A DNA stretch of 64,000 bases from the human T2T-CHM13v2.0 reference genome, Homo sapiens. Under the pieces are notes generated by a model that was not told where the DNA came from, ran no database searches, and was given only the letters and a program-made list of their open reading frames with translations. Positions 61,870 to 64,000 of this stretch are shown here, in pieces; within the stretch, counting starts at the first letter, position 1, and every line of letters starts with the position of its first letter. Location of the stretch: the NCBI RefSeq assembly GCF_009914755.1, contig NC_060932.1; one strand, 5' to 3'. A program made the translations under genes and the position numbers.

Positions 61870-63050
61870 CATGTGTGTCTGATGTTTCCCTGTGATTAAA
61901 TCCAGGTTCTGTGTCATCTTTATCAGGAATATCATGGAAGTGATGCTGAGTTCTTCTCGATGCATTCCATCAGAATCTATTATTGGTGATGTTAACTTCT
62001 ATCACTTGATTAAGGTGGTATCTACCAGACTTCTCCAGTGTAAATTTACACTTCTCCCCTCTGTAATTAATACATATTTTGTAGGGAGGTACTTTGAGAA
62101 CATATAGACATCCTGTTCCTCACCAATCTTTCAAGTTAGTCATTTACTTATTTACGTCATATTGAATCATGGTTCTATTTTATTCAGTGGATTTTAATCC
62201 ATTCCTATCAAGCTGGCTTCTGCATCCTTTGGCACAACAAGATATTTCAGGCTCATCCTGTGCTTCCCTACTCAAACCCTGTATCAGCCACTTCTCCAAG
62301 GGGTCCTGGATCCTTTTAGTGGAGAATGGTACTTAAAAATCAAGACCTCAGTGCTAGATTTGCTCATTGCTCTTGATGTGTACTACACTCAGGCCCTCAA
62401 AAGGAGCAAAGCTAGGGAGCATACATATGCACACGCATACACACACACACGTACACACACACACACACACATATCTATATTGATTCCCATATCTACCCAT
62501 CTGTGTATACTGAAAACTATGAACTCACGGTAATATCTCCAATTCCAAACTCTAACAGTAGAGAGCTCATCAGTTTTCTCCCTTTCCATATTTTCACTTC
62601 CTTCTGTGACAGTGAGAAACTTTGCTCCTACTCTCCTCCATATCTTGACATATTGGAGCACTACTATATGTAATATCCCACCTTGTAGGCCCTGACACCC
62701 CCCTGCCAGGTTGCCCTCCCCTAGGCAGGCCCCTCTCACCCTATTCGGACTCCCACACCCAGCACCAGGCTGCTGATTCCCCTCATCTAAAGCCCTCCTC
62801 ACCCCACCTGGCCTCTGATGCCACATGCTGGGCTACCATAGGAATGTGCATCCCACCTTGCTTGGTATCTGACACCCGTGCCAGGCCCCCATCAGCCCCT
62901 CGTGTGCATGCCTTTCTCACTCTGCATGGCTCCAACACCCCGCCCTGGTCTTCCTCCCTGCATGCCTCCGCACCTGAACTTGTTCAGACACTGATACCCT
63001 ACCTTTTGTCACTGACCTGCCCAACCCCATCTAATAATGGCTTTTGAAAT
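61870..63050 (-). mobile_element. Old L1MC-like 3' fragments
   Basis: ttggtgatgttaacttctatcacttgattaaggtggtatct...; cagccacttctccaagggg...ggagaatggt. Confidence 0.65.
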
Positions 63051-63671
63051 GGATTGTTCTGGAAGGAAACAGAAGGGAAAACAGATAAGAAAAAAGAATA
63101 GGACAACATTCTTCTTTAAATGCTAACTATGATTTCAAAGCTGTTTTTGAAAAATATTCTGTAAAAAGTGGTATGTCCCTTTTAAGTAAAGCTGTTTATA
63201 AAAGTTGTGTATTATTTAGGGACAACTCAAACAAACGAAATGCTATCATTTAAATTTAGGAACATGGAAGCAATATATAAGAAACTCAAGATGCAATAGT
63301 GGCTGAGAACAGAAATGTTTCCCTTTTTAGGTTATGTAGAAATTGGATTCTTTTTGTTCAGGAGAAAGGAGGTTTTGTTGTCATCAGAGTGAATGTGGGG
63401 TTGATCATCTGCAGTCTCTCTTTCTGCTTTGAAGAGAATACAGGGGAATCAGGGAAGGTGGCAGCCTCCCAAGACAGTAAGGAGGCTAGGAGGATACACT
63501 TAGGTTTACCTTTTATTAGCTTGGCTAATGCCACATGCAAATGAGGCATCCAGGCAGCTGGGAGAAGTGGAGGTGCCCAAAACTGGCCTGAAGTCCCAAA
63601 GTGTGTTCCTTCTTCAGGAGAGTCCTGACTCCAAGATAAGACTTTGAAGTGAATTATAAAGATTAGGACTG

Positions 63672-64000
<329 letters not shown>

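Overview
Primate, most likely human, repeat-dense non-coding DNA. I recognised no host protein-coding exon, tRNA or CRISPR-type array, and the recognisable entries in the ORF track are translations of L1, Alu or LTR sequence. Main contents: the 3' end of a young L1HS-type element (ACG/A diagnostics, 1-342); two full-length decayed L1PA elements head-to-head (6393-12857 minus, 13571-20419 plus, 713 bp apart), both with TSDs; about 30 Alus; solo LTRs (MER52, MER66-like, LTR12, two THE1, MST, several MLT1, LTR40); DNA-transposon relics; and a polyadenylated 28S rRNA 3'-end retrocopy. The most unusual observation is that two separate L1 insertions about 22 kb apart and inverted each carry an AluY at the identical ORF2 nucleotide, with the same 15-bp TSD and two shared non-consensus Alu substitutions. 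This suggests a co-mobilised L1::AluY composite or ectopic gene conversion. Subfamily names come from recalled consensus features, not from a database search. I found no evidence for a wholly new multi-gene system.
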